A DNA stretch of 63,372 bases, filler included, from Nemertoderma westbladi (taxonomy: Eukaryota > Animalia > Xenacoelomorpha): the NCBI GenBank assembly GCA_032718475.1. It is 3 parts of 3 records of this genome, joined end to end, with 100 filler letters (N's around TTAATTAATTAA, not from the genome) between each part and the next. Parts side by side here need not be neighbours in the genome. Positions count along the whole stretch, not along the records: positions 55,738 to 63,372 come from JAUCBJ010004073.1; 2 more parts are not named here. The stretch is one strand, 5' to 3'. The notes beneath the pieces are model-generated. The model made no database searches, was not told where the DNA came from, and saw only the letters and a program-made list of their open reading frames with translations. Below, one piece after another: positions 63,001-63,372 of this stretch; position 1 is the stretch's first letter; each line of letters starts with the position of its first letter. Both the position numbers and the translations under genes were made by a program.

Positions 63001-63372
63001 CTTGGGGATTATATTATTCGAATAAATGCAAAATTGGATGGAATTTCACCTGCGCAAAAGAGGATCATGAAATATATTCGGGATGACCAGTGTGAAGGTT
63101 TACCTCCAGTCCTTGATATCTATCTTGGTATGCCTGTCATAGTTACACAAAACATAGCAGTGGAACTTGGAATAGCGAATGGAACATTAGCAAAAGTTTC
63201 CGGAAAAACGTTTTGTGAAGGAACAACTCTTACAGAAGAGGAATATACTTCTGGTTTAATTCAAAATAAAAAGGTAAAGAAAGCATCTAATCTACCGGAG
63301 AATATAATTATTGAACCACTATTTTCGAGATGTCCTGTAAAATTTCCAAATATTGAAGAAGTCATTTTCCCA
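60082..63372 (+). pseudogene. Helitron/Helentron-type RepHel, PIF1-family helicase region, inactivated
   Basis: QYDDYCYRP..L..ISFYHFV, HPQHQTH, Walker A GGEGSC*KS, AAPIGISA...GSTIH, IDEISMV, FGG..IICCGDFMQLPSV, KNWR..DD, GMPVIVTQNI..ELGIANGT; stops and a frameshift. Confidence 0.85.
60610..62871 (+). repeat. 1131-bp near-identical tandem duplication (60610-61740 / 61741-62871)
   Basis: Identical ORFs offset by 1131 bp; only two substitutions noticed, both near the junction. Confidence 0.95.

Noticed and set aside
60234-63372. Cellular PIF1 gene
   Set aside because: Intronless with multiple stops, and upstream motifs typical of Helitron-type RepHel rather than the PIF1 N-terminal domain

Overview
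AT-rich, repeat-dense animal (invertebrate-type) nuclear DNA with GT-AG introns. Two 100-nt N gaps (27320-27419, 55638-55737) each carry an artificial TTAATTAATTAA spacer, so adjacency across them is unproven. Host genes: an MGAT3-like GT17 glycosyltransferase, an intronless CDK5RAP3/C53, the first three coding exons of an importin-alpha (KPNA2-like) gene with a CDE/CHR-type promoter, and a tandemly duplicated two-exon C2H2 zinc-finger gene. Mobile DNA dominates: a near-intact GC-rich Mag-like Ty3/Gypsy element with an IVED RT motif, two copies of a long LTR-like element, about ten RTE-like LINE fragments, a CR1/L2-like RT, an intron-containing piggyBac inserted in a Helitron/Helentron-type RepHel gene, a tRNA-derived SINE and several MITEs. 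The best candidate for an undescribed system is the ZNF pair. It combines a phosphodiesterase N-terminus-like helical motif, PxVxL and SUMO motifs, a variable 45-bp coding minisatellite and fingers whose DNA-contact residues differ between paralogs, which is suggestive of a KRAB-ZNF-like repressor family. All family assignments come from motif recognition by eye; no database searches were run.
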